A stretch of DNA of 48,239 nucleotides from Bacilli bacterium (GTDB taxonomy: Bacteria; Bacillota_I; Bacilli_A; RF39; UBA660). The stretch is from NCBI GenBank assembly GCA_036649735.1, contig JAVWBB010000002.1:1-48239 (forward strand), given 5' to 3'. How positions within the stretch are numbered: the stretch's first letter is position 1; the number at the start of each line of letters is the position of its first letter. The notes below the pieces were generated by a model. It searched no databases. It was given only the letters and a program-made list of their open reading frames with translations, and was not told the DNA's origin. A program made the position numbers and the translations under genes. This document shows positions 18,388 through 26,632 of this stretch, in pieces.

Positions 18388-20180
18388 TATTTTTTATCCA
18401 TACTCAAGACTGATAAAAAGGCTTCTTGCGGTATTTCCACATTTCCCACTCTTTTCATTCTTTTCTTTCCTTCTTTTTGTTTTTCTAACAATTTACGTTT
18501 TCTTGAAACATCTCCACCATAACATTTAGCTAAAACATCTTTACGCATAGCTTTAATATCCGTTCTTGCAATTACATGATTTCCAATCGATGCTTGTATT
18601 GGGACTTCAAACATTTGTCTTGGTATTATTTCTTTTAAATTATCAACAACTATCTTTCCTCTTTTATATGCCGATTCTCTATGAACAATGACACTTAAAG
18701 CATCAACGACTTCTCCATTTAATAAAATATCCATTTTTACTAAATCCGATTCCTGATATCCAATTAATTCATAATCAAAAGAGGCATATCCTTTAGTAAA
18801 ACTTTTCAACTTATCGAAAAAATCATATACTATTTCAGATAAAGGTAACAAAAAGTGAATATTAACTCTTGTTGTGTCTAAATACTCCATAGTTTTATAA
18901 ACTCCTCGTTTATCGTTACATAATTCCATGATAGGTCCAATATACATGCTTGGCGTATAAATATTTGTTTTGATATATGGTTCTTTTATTGACTTGATTT
19001 TTTCTTTTGGAGGTAATTTAGACGGTGAATCAATTGTAAATACTGAATTATCCGTAAGTTCTATTTCATAAATTACTGACGGTGCCGTTGCAATTAAATC
19101 AATATTAAATTCTCGCGTAACTCGCTCTTCAATTATCTCCATATGAAGAAGTCCTAAAAACCCACATCTAAATCCAAATCCTAAAGCTTTTGATGTCTCA
19201 GGTTCATAAATAAGTGAAGCATCATTTAATTTTAGTTTAGCCAAAGCATCTCTTAAATCTTCATATTCACTAGATTCTGTTGGATATATACCACAAAAAA
19301 CCATCGATTTCATTGGCTTATATCCTAAAAGTGCAGGAGCTGGTCTATTTATATTTATAATTGTATCGCCAACTTTAACATCAGAAATACTTTTAATACT
19401 TGCCGTAAGAAAGCCTACATCACCAACTGTTAATTCATTTTGTCTTAACTCTTTTGGAGTGTAAACACCCAATTCTAAAACCTCATAAATCGCATTGGTT
19501 TGTAGTAACTTAATCTTATCGCCTATTTTTAAAGACCCATTAATAACACGTAGTGAAATTATAACACCCCGATAAGAATCAAAAACACTATCAAATATTA
19601 AAGCTTGAAGAGGCAAGTCGGCATCACCTTTAGGAGCGGGTATTCGCTCAATCACTGCTTCAATTAATTCTTTGACTCCTACCCCTGTTTTCCCTGAACA
19701 TAAAAGTATTTCAGCATCAGTAAAACCTAATGTATCAACTAATTCTTTTTTTACTTTTAAAATATCAGCATTAGGTAAATCTATTTTATTAATAACAGGA
19801 ATAATTGTCAAATTATTTTCCATTGCTAAATAAAGATTGGCTAGTGTCTGAGCTTCAATTCCTTGTGCTGCATCGACCACTAAAATAGCGCCTTCGCAAG
19901 CAGCTAAACTACGAGATACTTCATATGTAAAATCGACGTGACCTGGAGTATCTATTAAGTGAAGAACATAATCTTGATTTTTATACTTATAATTTAATTC
20001 AACAGCGTTTAATTTTATCGTTATTCCACGTTCTCTTTCTAAATCCATACTATCTAGTTGTTGTGCCTTAGTCTCTCTTAAGCTCACCGACCCCGTCATT
20101 TCTAAAATTCGATCAGCTAAAGTACTTTTTCCATGATCAATATGAGCGATTATTGAAAAATTTCTTATATTTTCTTGCAT
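18387..20180 (-). CDS. lepA: Elongation factor 4 (LepA)
   Basis: [35 protein letters not shown], and the C-terminal LepA-specific region (VPQEAF-like [10 protein letters not shown]). The start is set at MQENIRNF (ATG 20180). Confidence 0.95.
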   Translation of the reverse strand: MQENIRNFSIIAHIDHGKSTLADRILEMTGSVSLRETKAQQLDSMDLERERGITIKLNAVELNYKYKNQDYVLHLIDTPGHVDFTYEVSRSLAACEGAILVVDAAQGIEAQTLANLYLAMENNLTIIPVINKIDLPNADILKVKKELVDTLGFTDAEILLCSGKTGVGVKELIEAVIERIPAPKGDADLPLQALIFDSVFDSYRGVIISLRVINGSLKIGDKIKLLQTNAIYEVLELGVYTPKELRQNELTVGDVGFLTASIKSISDVKVGDTIININRPAPALLGYKPMKSMVFCGIYPTESSEYEDLRDALAKLKLNDASLIYEPETSKALGFGFRCGFLGLLHMEIIEERVTREFNIDLIATAPSVIYEIELTDNSVFTIDSPSKLPPKEKIKSIKEPYIKTNIYTPSMYIGPIMELCNDKRGVYKTMEYLDTTRVNIHFLLPLSEIVYDFFDKLKSFTKGYASFDYELIGYQESDLVKMDILLNGEVVDALSVIVHRESAYKRGKIVVDNLKEIIPRQMFEVPIQASIGNHVIARTDIKAMRKDVLAKCYGGDVSRKRKLLEKQKEGKKRMKRVGNVEIPQEAFLSVLSMDKK

Positions 20181-20280
20181 ACTCCACCACCTATATAACA
20201 TTGTATCAAAAAAGCAGTTGTTTTACTAACTGTTTTTATTGTTTTCCTCATTTATTTTATCAATTTTTAATATTTTAATA

Positions 20281-22263
20281 TCACATGTATTCATTTAATA
20301 AAATTGATGATATTTTATGACTAATTCTTTTGGTTACTTGAGAAATAAAATAATAGTTATTTGAAAAACTAACATTAGGAGAAGTTACTGCAATACTAAA
20401 TTTAGGATTGTTACTTGGCATAAACCCAACAAACGCTGTTGAAATAGTTTCCTTGTCAATAACGCCATCGCTATTAGTATCTAAAAAGCTTTGACTTGTA
20501 CCTGTTTTACCACTACCTAAATTACTATAAATATAACCATTTGCTGTGCCATTACTTAAATTAGTCGTGTATTTTAATCCTTCTAATACCCGGTTAAAAT
20601 AAATATCATCTGTTTTAACGGTATTTAATACCTTAGGGGTTTGCTTATAAACAGAATCTTTTAATTTAAAATCATCGCGTCCTTTATAGACTGTTTTTAA
20701 AATAGTTGGCGCTATTCGTTTTTTATCACTTGCAAATGTATTAATATACTGACTTAATTGTATAGGCGTATATGTATCAAATTGGCCCATTACAAAATCT
20801 AATAAATGCCCACTCAATGTTGACTTAGATGTATATCCTAAACTTTCAATAGGCAAATCTATTCCCGTTTTAACACCCAAACCAAATTCCTTAAAAGTAT
20901 TACGATAAATATTAAAGACATTGCTATCTAATTTAAGAGGTCCATTATAATTATATACCCCTTTTCCAACCTTAATCGCGCTTTTGAACTGATAAACATT
21001 CGATGAAAACGCCAATGCTTCTAAATCATTAATATACCCTAATGTCATGTGTGAACACTTTTTGGGCGTAGCAGCAATTTTAATACACTCATCTAGTTTA
21101 ACTTCACCAATCTTTACTCCATTATTATTATACCCTACTATCATTGACGCCCCTTTAACAACACTTCCTACTGTCATAGGATTTAAAAAAATACCTTCTG
21201 TATAATCATGAAAATCATTATTTATTAAACTTTTCCCTGACATTGCTAATATTTCACCAGTATTAGGCTCAATAATTACCACATTACTATTATTAAAGTA
21301 ATAAGTATTAGGCTCAAACTTAGTCGCGATAATCTCTTCTTTTATAATATCATCAACTCTTTTTTGTAAATTAATATCAATTGATAAAACTAAGTCATTG
21401 CCTCTTTTTGCTTCCTTTACTAATTCTAATGTCTTATTGTTAACTTTTTTATATATCGCATTTGTGCCTCTTAAATAATTATCATATTGTTTTTCCAAAT
21501 AGGATAACCCGACAATATCAAAAATTGTATAACCATTTTTTAAGTAATATTCTTTGTTTTCGAATGGAATATTTCCAATATTACCTAATATTTTTTTAAA
21601 TGTATCGTTATAAGGATATATTCTTTCAAATTTATTTACAATATTTATCCCTCTTAATTTACCAATATTTTCCTTAATATAAGCAATTTCCTTATCGCTT
21701 ACAGCCTTTTCTTTAATAACTTTTTCTTTATACGAATAGCCATTATTCATTAAGTAATAAATATAAGCTTCTTTTTTTACTTCATTTGATAAATTTAGTT
21801 TTTTTAAATCAATTCGTGATAATTTTAAATTAGTTAAATCATCATTAGTTAATTGTTTTTTATTATATTTATCTATTTCTCTATCTGTAATTAAACTATC
21901 TACTTTTTCTTTATACTTTAACATATAATATTCTTTTAAATGAATATTTGACAAATTATCAATAGATAAATCTAATATTTTTGCTAATTTAGATACGATT
22001 TTTATTTCCATATTTTGGGAAATATTTTTATCTTTTTTATAAGTAATTGCTGGTCTAGAAATATTATCTACTAATAAATTGTGATTTCTATCATAGATTT
22101 TTCCTCTTATTGCTGAATCACCACTAACTAAAACATTTGTCATTTTGTTTAATTGCTCTTTATAGTAAGAATTTTTTATAATCGTTAAATAAAAAACATT
22201 ACTAAGCAAAAGTCCAAATAAAAATACTGTCATAAACGATAAACACCTAATTCTTTTATTCAT
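20281..22263 (-). CDS. Class B penicillin-binding protein (PBP2/SpoVD-type transpeptidase)
   Basis: N-terminal TM anchor and dimerisation domain. Transpeptidase motifs are GSVVKG (SxxK), FSSNVY (SxN) and SGKTGTS (KTG). The start is set at ATG 22263, after GAGGTG. Confidence 0.88.
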   Translation of the reverse strand: MNKRIRCLSFMTVFLFGLLLSNVFYLTIIKNSYYKEQLNKMTNVLVSGDSAIRGKIYDRNHNLLVDNISRPAITYKKDKNISQNMEIKIVSKLAKILDLSIDNLSNIHLKEYYMLKYKEKVDSLITDREIDKYNKKQLTNDDLTNLKLSRIDLKKLNLSNEVKKEAYIYYLMNNGYSYKEKVIKEKAVSDKEIAYIKENIGKLRGINIVNKFERIYPYNDTFKKILGNIGNIPFENKEYYLKNGYTIFDIVGLSYLEKQYDNYLRGTNAIYKKVNNKTLELVKEAKRGNDLVLSIDINLQKRVDDIIKEEIIATKFEPNTYYFNNSNVVIIEPNTGEILAMSGKSLINNDFHDYTEGIFLNPMTVGSVVKGASMIVGYNNNGVKIGEVKLDECIKIAATPKKCSHMTLGYINDLEALAFSSNVYQFKSAIKVGKGVYNYNGPLKLDSNVFNIYRNTFKEFGLGVKTGIDLPIESLGYTSKSTLSGHLLDFVMGQFDTYTPIQLSQYINTFASDKKRIAPTILKTVYKGRDDFKLKDSVYKQTPKVLNTVKTDDIYFNRVLEGLKYTTNLSNGTANGYIYSNLGSGKTGTSQSFLDTNSDGVIDKETISTAFVGFMPSNNPKFSIAVTSPNVSFSNNYYFISQVTKRISHKISSILLNEYM

Positions 22264-22419
22264 TATAATCACCTCTTATATTTTGTATCATAAGTTAGCA
22301 TTTTATTAATATATTTAAATAAAGAGGTTTTATATTAAAATTAATTAATTACTTCTTTAACTATTATAATAAAAGAAAGGAATTAATGTATTAAAATATT
22401 TGTACATTAAACACATAAT

Positions 22420-22668
22420 ATGGATTATTTAATTAAAAATTATATACAAAATATCACAATTACTGATTTTAACAATTTATTAAAGAGTAAAGGCATTAAT
22501 ACCAATGATAATGACCTTCATACCTTATTCTACTATCTAAAAAATAAATGGGAAGATTTATATAAAGGAAACAGTACAGAAATTATAAATGAATTAGAAG
22601 AAAAACTAGAAAGCAATACTTTTATAAAATTAAAAAAATTATATTTAGAATATAAAAACAAGTTTTAA
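22420..22668 (+). CDS. Small hypothetical protein (82 aa; weak resemblance to DUF2624/YqfT-like proteins)
   Basis: Isolated plus-strand ORF ending in a bidirectional hairpin. The family call rests only on general sequence character. Confidence 0.4.
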   Translation: MDYLIKNYIQNITITDFNNLLKSKGINTNDNDLHTLFYYLKNKWEDLYKGNSTEIINELEEKLESNTFIKLKKLYLEYKNKF

Positions 22669-22677
22669 AGCTTGTTT
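22656..22677. terminator. Bidirectional hairpin between the convergent 82-aa ORF and sigE
   Basis: AAACAAG-TTTTAAAG-CTTGTTT overlaps both stop codons and has A/T runs on both sides. Confidence 0.55.
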
Positions 22678-23369
22678 TAATTTTTCACTATATTGCCAAT
22701 TTGGCGAATAACTTTTTTTTCAATCCGCGATATGTAAGATTGACTTATATTCAGCAAATCTGCTACTTGTTTTTGTGTTAATTCCTCATGCCCAAATAAA
22801 CCATATCTTAGTGAAATAATTTCCTTATCACGACTTTCTAGTTTTTCGATTTCTGAAATCATCATTGCTTTATCGTGTTCTTCTTCAATTCCCCTTGTAA
22901 CAATATCAATATCTGTCCCTAATATATCTTCTAAATGCAATTCATTACCATCTGGATCATAACTTAGACTAACATCAAAACTAACATCGGCCTTTGTCTT
23001 CTTTGTTTTCCTTAAATACATTAAAATCTCATTGTCAATACAGCGCGATGCATAAGTTGCTAATTTAATATTTCTCCCCATTTTGTAAGTGTTAATACCT
23101 TTAATTAACCCAATTGATCCAATACTAACTAAGTCTTCTAAATCTATTTTGGTGTTTTCATATTTCTTAGCTAAAAAAACAACAAGTCTCAAATTATGTT
23201 CAATTAATTTATCTTTAGCCAAAGGGTCTCCATCTTCTTTTAACAATAAATAATATTCTTCCATGTCTTTTGTTAACGGTTCGGGTAATTTGTCTGTCGC
23301 CCCTACATAAAAAACATTACAAAACCACATAAAATGCATCTTACTAATTATTAATAATAAACTAATCAT
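22677..23369 (-). CDS. sigE: Sporulation sigma factor SigE (pro-sigma-E)
   Basis: YVGATDKLPEPLTKDMEEYY ... IEHNLRLVVFLAKKYENTKIDLEDLVSIGSIGLIKGINTY ... KLATYASRCIDNEILMYLRK matches sigma-E/K-type sporulation sigmas. A hydrophobic pro-sequence is present. The gene overlaps the spoIIGA stop. Confidence 0.9.
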   Translation of the reverse strand: MISLLLIISKMHFMWFCNVFYVGATDKLPEPLTKDMEEYYLLLKEDGDPLAKDKLIEHNLRLVVFLAKKYENTKIDLEDLVSIGSIGLIKGINTYKMGRNIKLATYASRCIDNEILMYLRKTKKTKADVSFDVSLSYDPDGNELHLEDILGTDIDIVTRGIEEEHDKAMMISEIEKLESRDKEIISLRYGLFGHEELTQKQVADLLNISQSYISRIEKKVIRQIGNIVKN

Positions 23370-24163
23370 TGTTCTTCTCCTTTTATTAAATCATTGTGAA
23401 GTATCATATCAACTTCATCAATATAAAATTTCTCATTAGATAACCCAATTAAAACATTACTAATTACTTTTTTACTATCTAAAACAAGTTTATCTATTTT
23501 AATACACCGAAGTAATGATGTATTGTTTAATGTTTTATATGGAACCATGATATATTCTCCATCTTTTATCTTCGTATCTATTTTTTTATCATATAAAAGC
23601 ACTATCGGCCGTTTTTTATATTGATCATAAAGTTTATTTCCTGTATCTAAATAACCTCGGTATTTATAAACACAGTTTTTATAATACATATCAATCGTGT
23701 AAATATGTTTTAAACGATGATTAATTACTTTATTTTGCTTCACATAAAAGTATAGGGCCAGGGGACTTAAAACAATTAAAATAAGAGCATTAATACTAAG
23801 TCCATTATTATAAAATATCATTCCTTCATTTTTATAACTAAATTCTAAGTTTAAAAAATATAAAAACCCTCCCAATACGATACTAGTAAAATAAAGATAG
23901 GCTAAATTAGTAATAAAGGCTTTTAAGTTATTATAATTAAAAGTTGCAACAATCATTAAAAGACTAATAAATATTTTAAAACAAAATAGCCCAAAATTTC
24001 CCATGTCTATAAATAAAACAAATATTGAAATACTACCGACTAGGCTACCTAGAATTAATCTTTTTATTTTTGTATTTCTTTTTAGCATAACAGATACAGA
24101 TAAAAGTAATAAAAAATCAAAAGAAAAATTTAAAAAAAATATCAAATCTAAATATATTTTCAT
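23366..24163 (-). CDS. spoIIGA: Sigma-E processing peptidase SpoIIGA
   Basis: N-terminal polytopic membrane domain (KIYLDLIFFLNFSFDFLLL) and a C-terminal aspartic protease motif GYLDTGNKLYD. The start is set at MKIYLD (ATG 24163), after AGGTGA. Confidence 0.88.
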   Translation of the reverse strand: MKIYLDLIFFLNFSFDFLLLLSVSVMLKRNTKIKRLILGSLVGSISIFVLFIDMGNFGLFCFKIFISLLMIVATFNYNNLKAFITNLAYLYFTSIVLGGFLYFLNLEFSYKNEGMIFYNNGLSINALILIVLSPLALYFYVKQNKVINHRLKHIYTIDMYYKNCVYKYRGYLDTGNKLYDQYKKRPIVLLYDKKIDTKIKDGEYIMVPYKTLNNTSLLRCIKIDKLVLDSKKVISNVLIGLSNEKFYIDEVDMILHNDLIKGEEQ

Positions 24164-24183
24164 TTCATCACCTAATACTATCA

Positions 24184-24212
24184 TATAAAAAGACACAGTC
24201 GAACTATGTCAA
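24184..24212 (-). promoter_or_regulatory. Candidate spoIIG promoter with a Spo0A-box-like element
   Basis: Minus strand reads TTGACA, then 17 nt, then TTATAT (alternative -10s are TATATG/TATGAT at 19/21 nt). The spacer contains TTCGACT, which reads AGTCGAA on the plus strand at 24197-24203 and matches 6 of 7 positions of the 0A box TGTCGAA. Confidence 0.4.
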
Positions 24213-24271
24213 TTTATATATTTGTTTTATTTAAATCTTTTGCGGTGCAACTATAAGAAAATACATTAAAG

Positions 24272-24302
24272 CAAAATAAAAACCATTGATTATCAACGGT
24301 TA
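24272..24302 (-). terminator. Rho-independent terminator after tRNA-Ala
   Basis: Minus strand reads AACCGTTGA-TAA-TCAATGGTT followed by TTTTATTTT. Confidence 0.7.
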
Positions 24303-24310
24303 TTTTCATT

Positions 24311-24387
24311 TGGTGGAGAATAAGGGACTTGAACCCTTGACCCTCTGCGTGCAGGGCAGATGCTCTAGCCAACTGAGCTAATTCCCC
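24311..24387 (-). tRNA. tRNA-Ala (anticodon UGC)
   Basis: GGGGAATTAGCTCAGTTGGCTAGAGCA-TCTGC-CCTGCAC-GCAGA-GGGTC-AAGGGTTCAAGTCCCTT-ATTCTCCACCA. A G3:U70 identity pair is present. The loop reads CC before the anticodon, so position 33 appears to be C. Confidence 0.88.
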
Positions 24388-24429
24388 AATAGGGATTATA
24401 CAAAAATTAAATTCTGCATAACTGAATAT

Positions 24430-24459
24430 ATTTTACCATTATCTTAAAAGAAATGTCAA
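24430..24459 (-). promoter_or_regulatory. Sigma-A promoter for tRNA-Ala
   Basis: Minus strand reads TTGACA, then an 18-nt spacer ending in TGg, then TAAAAT. The -10 element ends about 40 nt upstream of the mature tRNA 5' end. Confidence 0.6.
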
Positions 24460-24693
24460 CTACTTTCAAATTATTTTTTTAAAATGTGATTAGTACTACT
24501 TCCAAATTAATTTTTTAAAAATATTTAAAAATGATGTAATTTTAAATGTTGACCCAATAAACTGCCTCAATTTTCATTTTTTCACTAGAGCAATTTTCAA
24601 AATTCATAGATATTTACGTGGTGAATTATTAATATTAGCGATTTTACAATAATAAATATATGTGTTAATATCAATAAAAGAAAGGAAAATATT

Positions 24694-25485
24694 ATGAAAA
24701 ACAACATTAATGAAGAAATGAAAAATAATACCAGTTGGTACACCGAGGAGGAAATGAATAATAATATAATCGAATTAAAAAGTATATTTGAGAGCATTAA
24801 AAAACAAGGGTGGATTAGAAGTTCAAGATATGGTTCAACTGGTATAGGTAAAACTTTTGAAGACCTTTTAAATAAGAGGGAAGAAAATTTTGAAATTCCT
24901 GATTTTCAAGGTATTGAAATTAAGACAAGAAGAATGTCTACCAAAAGAGATATTACATTATTTAGCGCTGCTCCTGATGGTACTTACTTATTTGAAACTG
25001 AACGTATTAGAAAAAAATATGGTCATACTGTAAATGGAATTACTACGTTTTACAAAGAAATTAATTCAATCAAATATTCACAATCTTTTCAATACAAGTT
25101 TATTTTAAAAGTTGACCATGACACTGAAAAAATATATTTACATGTGTATAATAAAGATGATATCTTGGTTGATTCTCAAACCTATTGGTCTTTTGAAATG
25201 ATTCGAGAAAAATTAGAAAGAAAATTAAATTATCTAGCATTAATAAAAGCTATTAACTATCATGAAAATGAAATTGAATATTTTAAATATACTCAAATTA
25301 AAATTTATAAAAAGGTTAACTTTCAAAATTTTATAAAATTAATTGAAAAAGATAAAATAACTATCATTTTTAAAATAGGAACATACACCGACGGAAATAG
25401 ATATGGTAAAACCAAAGACCATGGCACAGCGTTTATTATTAAAGAAAACTATTTACGTATGCTATACGATCAATATGAATTATAA
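24694..25485 (+). CDS. MvaI/BcnI-family (MutH-like) PD-(D/E)XK restriction endonuclease, solitary
   Basis: STGIGKTFEDLL ... ENFEIPDFQGIEIKTRR gives D-x4-E-x-K, as in BcnI ...LGDLGEFELKG (from memory). Further collinear blocks are DITLF, YWSFEMIREKLERKLNYLALIKA and KDHGTAFIIKENYLRMLY. An RBS AAAGGAA sits upstream of the ATG. Confidence 0.75.
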   Translation: MKNNINEEMKNNTSWYTEEEMNNNIIELKSIFESIKKQGWIRSSRYGSTGIGKTFEDLLNKREENFEIPDFQGIEIKTRRMSTKRDITLFSAAPDGTYLFETERIRKKYGHTVNGITTFYKEINSIKYSQSFQYKFILKVDHDTEKIYLHVYNKDDILVDSQTYWSFEMIREKLERKLNYLALIKAINYHENEIEYFKYTQIKIYKKVNFQNFIKLIEKDKITIIFKIGTYTDGNRYGKTKDHGTAFIIKENYLRMLYDQYEL

Positions 25486-25486
25486 A

Positions 25487-25780
25487 TTGGTAAAATTTAA
25501 CAATTATTAATATGCTTTAACTATTTTGCTTTTTATTTTATTATTCAATGGTAAATTACCAAAAATTGGTAATTTATATTAAAATATTTATCAGTTTCTA
25601 TACTACTATTTATTTAATTTACCAAAAATTGGTAAATTAACATCTGAAATTATTAATTACTATTAAAGTGTTTATAGTTTCTATGTTGCTATTTATTTAA
25701 TTGCCAAAAATTGGTAATTTATATTAAAATATTCATCAGTTTCCATGTTACTATTTATTTAATTACCAAAAATTGGCAAA
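25487..25780. repeat. Tandem AT-rich repeat units (about 63, 82 and 62 bp), each starting with the 17-bp palindrome TTACCAAAAATTGGTAA
   Basis: Palindrome copies lie at 25556-25572, 25619-25635, 25701-25717 (TTGCC variant) and 25763-25779 (GGCAA variant). Extra half-sites occur at 25487 and 25549. Units 1 and 3 are near-identical (tttatattaaaatatt[t/c]atcagttt...ctatttatttaa). Confidence 0.85.
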
Positions 25781-25952
25781 AAAAATAATAAATTATCAAC
25801 TTTAACAGATTTTGCAATTAAAACTATTATTGTGAAAAACTGTTAGCATTAAAAATTTATTAATTTTTGTATTATAGATTCTATATATAACAGAAATAAT
25901 AAGTACCCCTCAGAAAGATTAGTGTCTGATTAGCACCACTAATTCAATTGCA

Positions 25953-25983
25953 TAATAAAACCCCTCATGATGGCCAAGGGGTT
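25953..25983 (-). terminator. Rho-independent terminator of the 12-tRNA operon
   Basis: Minus strand reads AACCCCT-TGGCCATCATG-AGGGGTT followed by TTATTAT, directly 3' of tRNA-Pro. Confidence 0.8.
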
Positions 25984-25993
25984 GAATTGTTTA

Positions 25994-26070
25994 TGGTCGG
26001 GAAGACAGGATTTGAACCTGCAACCCCTTGGTCCCAAACCAAGTGCTCTACCAAATTGAGCCACTTCCCG
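25994..26070 (-). tRNA. tRNA-Pro (anticodon UGG)
   Basis: CGGGAAGTGGCTCAATTTGGTAGAGCA-CTTGG-TTTGGGA-CCAAG...GGTTCAAATCC...CTTCCCGACCA. Confidence 0.92.
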
Positions 26071-26072
26071 AT

Positions 26073-26149
26073 TGGTGCGCCCGATAGGAATCGAACCCAT
26101 AACCTTTTGATCCGTAGTCAAACGCTCTATCCAATTGAGCTACGGGCGC
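26073..26149 (-). tRNA. tRNA-Arg (anticodon ACG)
   Basis: GCGCCCGTAGCTCAATTGGATAGAGCG-TTTGA-CTACGGA-TCAAA...GGTTCGATTCC...CGGGCGCACCA. Confidence 0.92.
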
Positions 26150-26176
26150 GCTTTCCTTAGGACGTTAATTATTAAA

Positions 26177-26252
26177 TGGTGGCTTCGAATGGAATCGAAC
26201 CATCGACACAGGGATTTTCAATCCCTTGCTCTACCGACTGAGCTACAAAGCC
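26177..26252 (-). tRNA. tRNA-Phe (anticodon GAA)
   Basis: GGCTTTGTAGCTCAGTCGGTAGAGCA-AGGGA-TTGAAAA-TCCCT...GGTTCGATTCC...GAAGCCACCA. Confidence 0.92.
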
Positions 26253-26256
26253 AAAA

Positions 26257-26332
26257 TGGCGGTCCCGACGGGATTTGAACCCGTGATCTTCTGCGTGACA
26301 GGCAGACGTGTTAACCGCTACACTACGAGACC
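26257..26332 (-). tRNA. tRNA-Asp (anticodon GUC)
   Basis: GGTCTCGTAGTGTAGCGGTTAACACG-TCTGC-CTGTCAC-GCAGA...GGTTCAAATCC...GGGACCGCCA. Confidence 0.92.
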
Positions 26333-26336
26333 ATTT

Positions 26337-26413
<77 letters not shown>

Positions 26414-26434
26414 ATATAATTAAAAATATAAGAT

Positions 26435-26527
26435 TGGCGGAGGAAAAGGGATTCGAACCCCTGCGCCGCTCACACGACCTCCCGGTTTTCAAGACCGGTC
26501 CCTTCAACCAGGCTTGGGTATTCCTCC
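26435..26527 (-). tRNA. tRNA-Ser (anticodon UGA)
   Basis: GGAGGAATACCCAAGCCTGGTTGAAGGGA-CCGGT-CTTGAAA-ACCGG, then a long variable arm, then GGTTCGAATCC...CCTCCGCCA. Confidence 0.9.
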
Positions 26528-26535
26528 AAACTAAT

Positions 26536-26623
26536 TGGTGCCTAAGGCCGGACTTGAACCGGCACGAGGGTTAATTCTCGCAGGATTTTAAGTCCTGTGC
26601 GTCTACCATTCCGCCACTCAGGC
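26536..26623 (-). tRNA. tRNA-Leu (anticodon UAA)
   Basis: GCCTGAGTGGCGGAATGGTAGACGCA-CAGGA-CTTAAAA-TCCTG, then a long variable arm, then GGTTCAAGTCC...TAGGCACCA. Confidence 0.9.
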
Positions 26624-26632
26624 AACTAAAAT

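Noticed and set aside
24180-24212. The 21-22-bp -35/-10 spacer characteristic of the B. subtilis spoIIG promoter.
   Set aside because: A 21-nt spacing to TATGAT is possible, but a conventional 17-nt spacing to TTATAT fits equally well. The unusual-spacer claim therefore cannot be supported from sequence alone.
24597-24797. 66-aa minus-strand ORF overlapping the start of the endonuclease gene.
   Set aside because: It is an extremely hydrophobic, low-complexity translation of AT-rich DNA. It overlaps the RBS and start of the better-supported plus-strand gene and the intergenic promoter region.
25487-25780. Possible CRISPR array, given regularly spaced repeats of a palindromic 17-mer.
   Set aside because: The sequences between the palindromes are themselves repeated (units 1 and 3 are near-identical). 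There are only four copies. The repeat is much shorter than CRISPR repeats. No cas genes are in the window. It is better described as tandem repeats or iteron-like sites.
25880-25995. Candidate plus-strand sRNA with two C-rich CCCCTCA motifs (25905-25911 and 25961-25967), reminiscent of anti-Shine-Dalgarno sRNAs such as RoxS/RsaE.
   Set aside because: The second motif is simply one arm of the hairpin that terminates the minus-strand tRNA operon. I could find no convincing promoter, and there is no evidence of conservation. It is too speculative to call.
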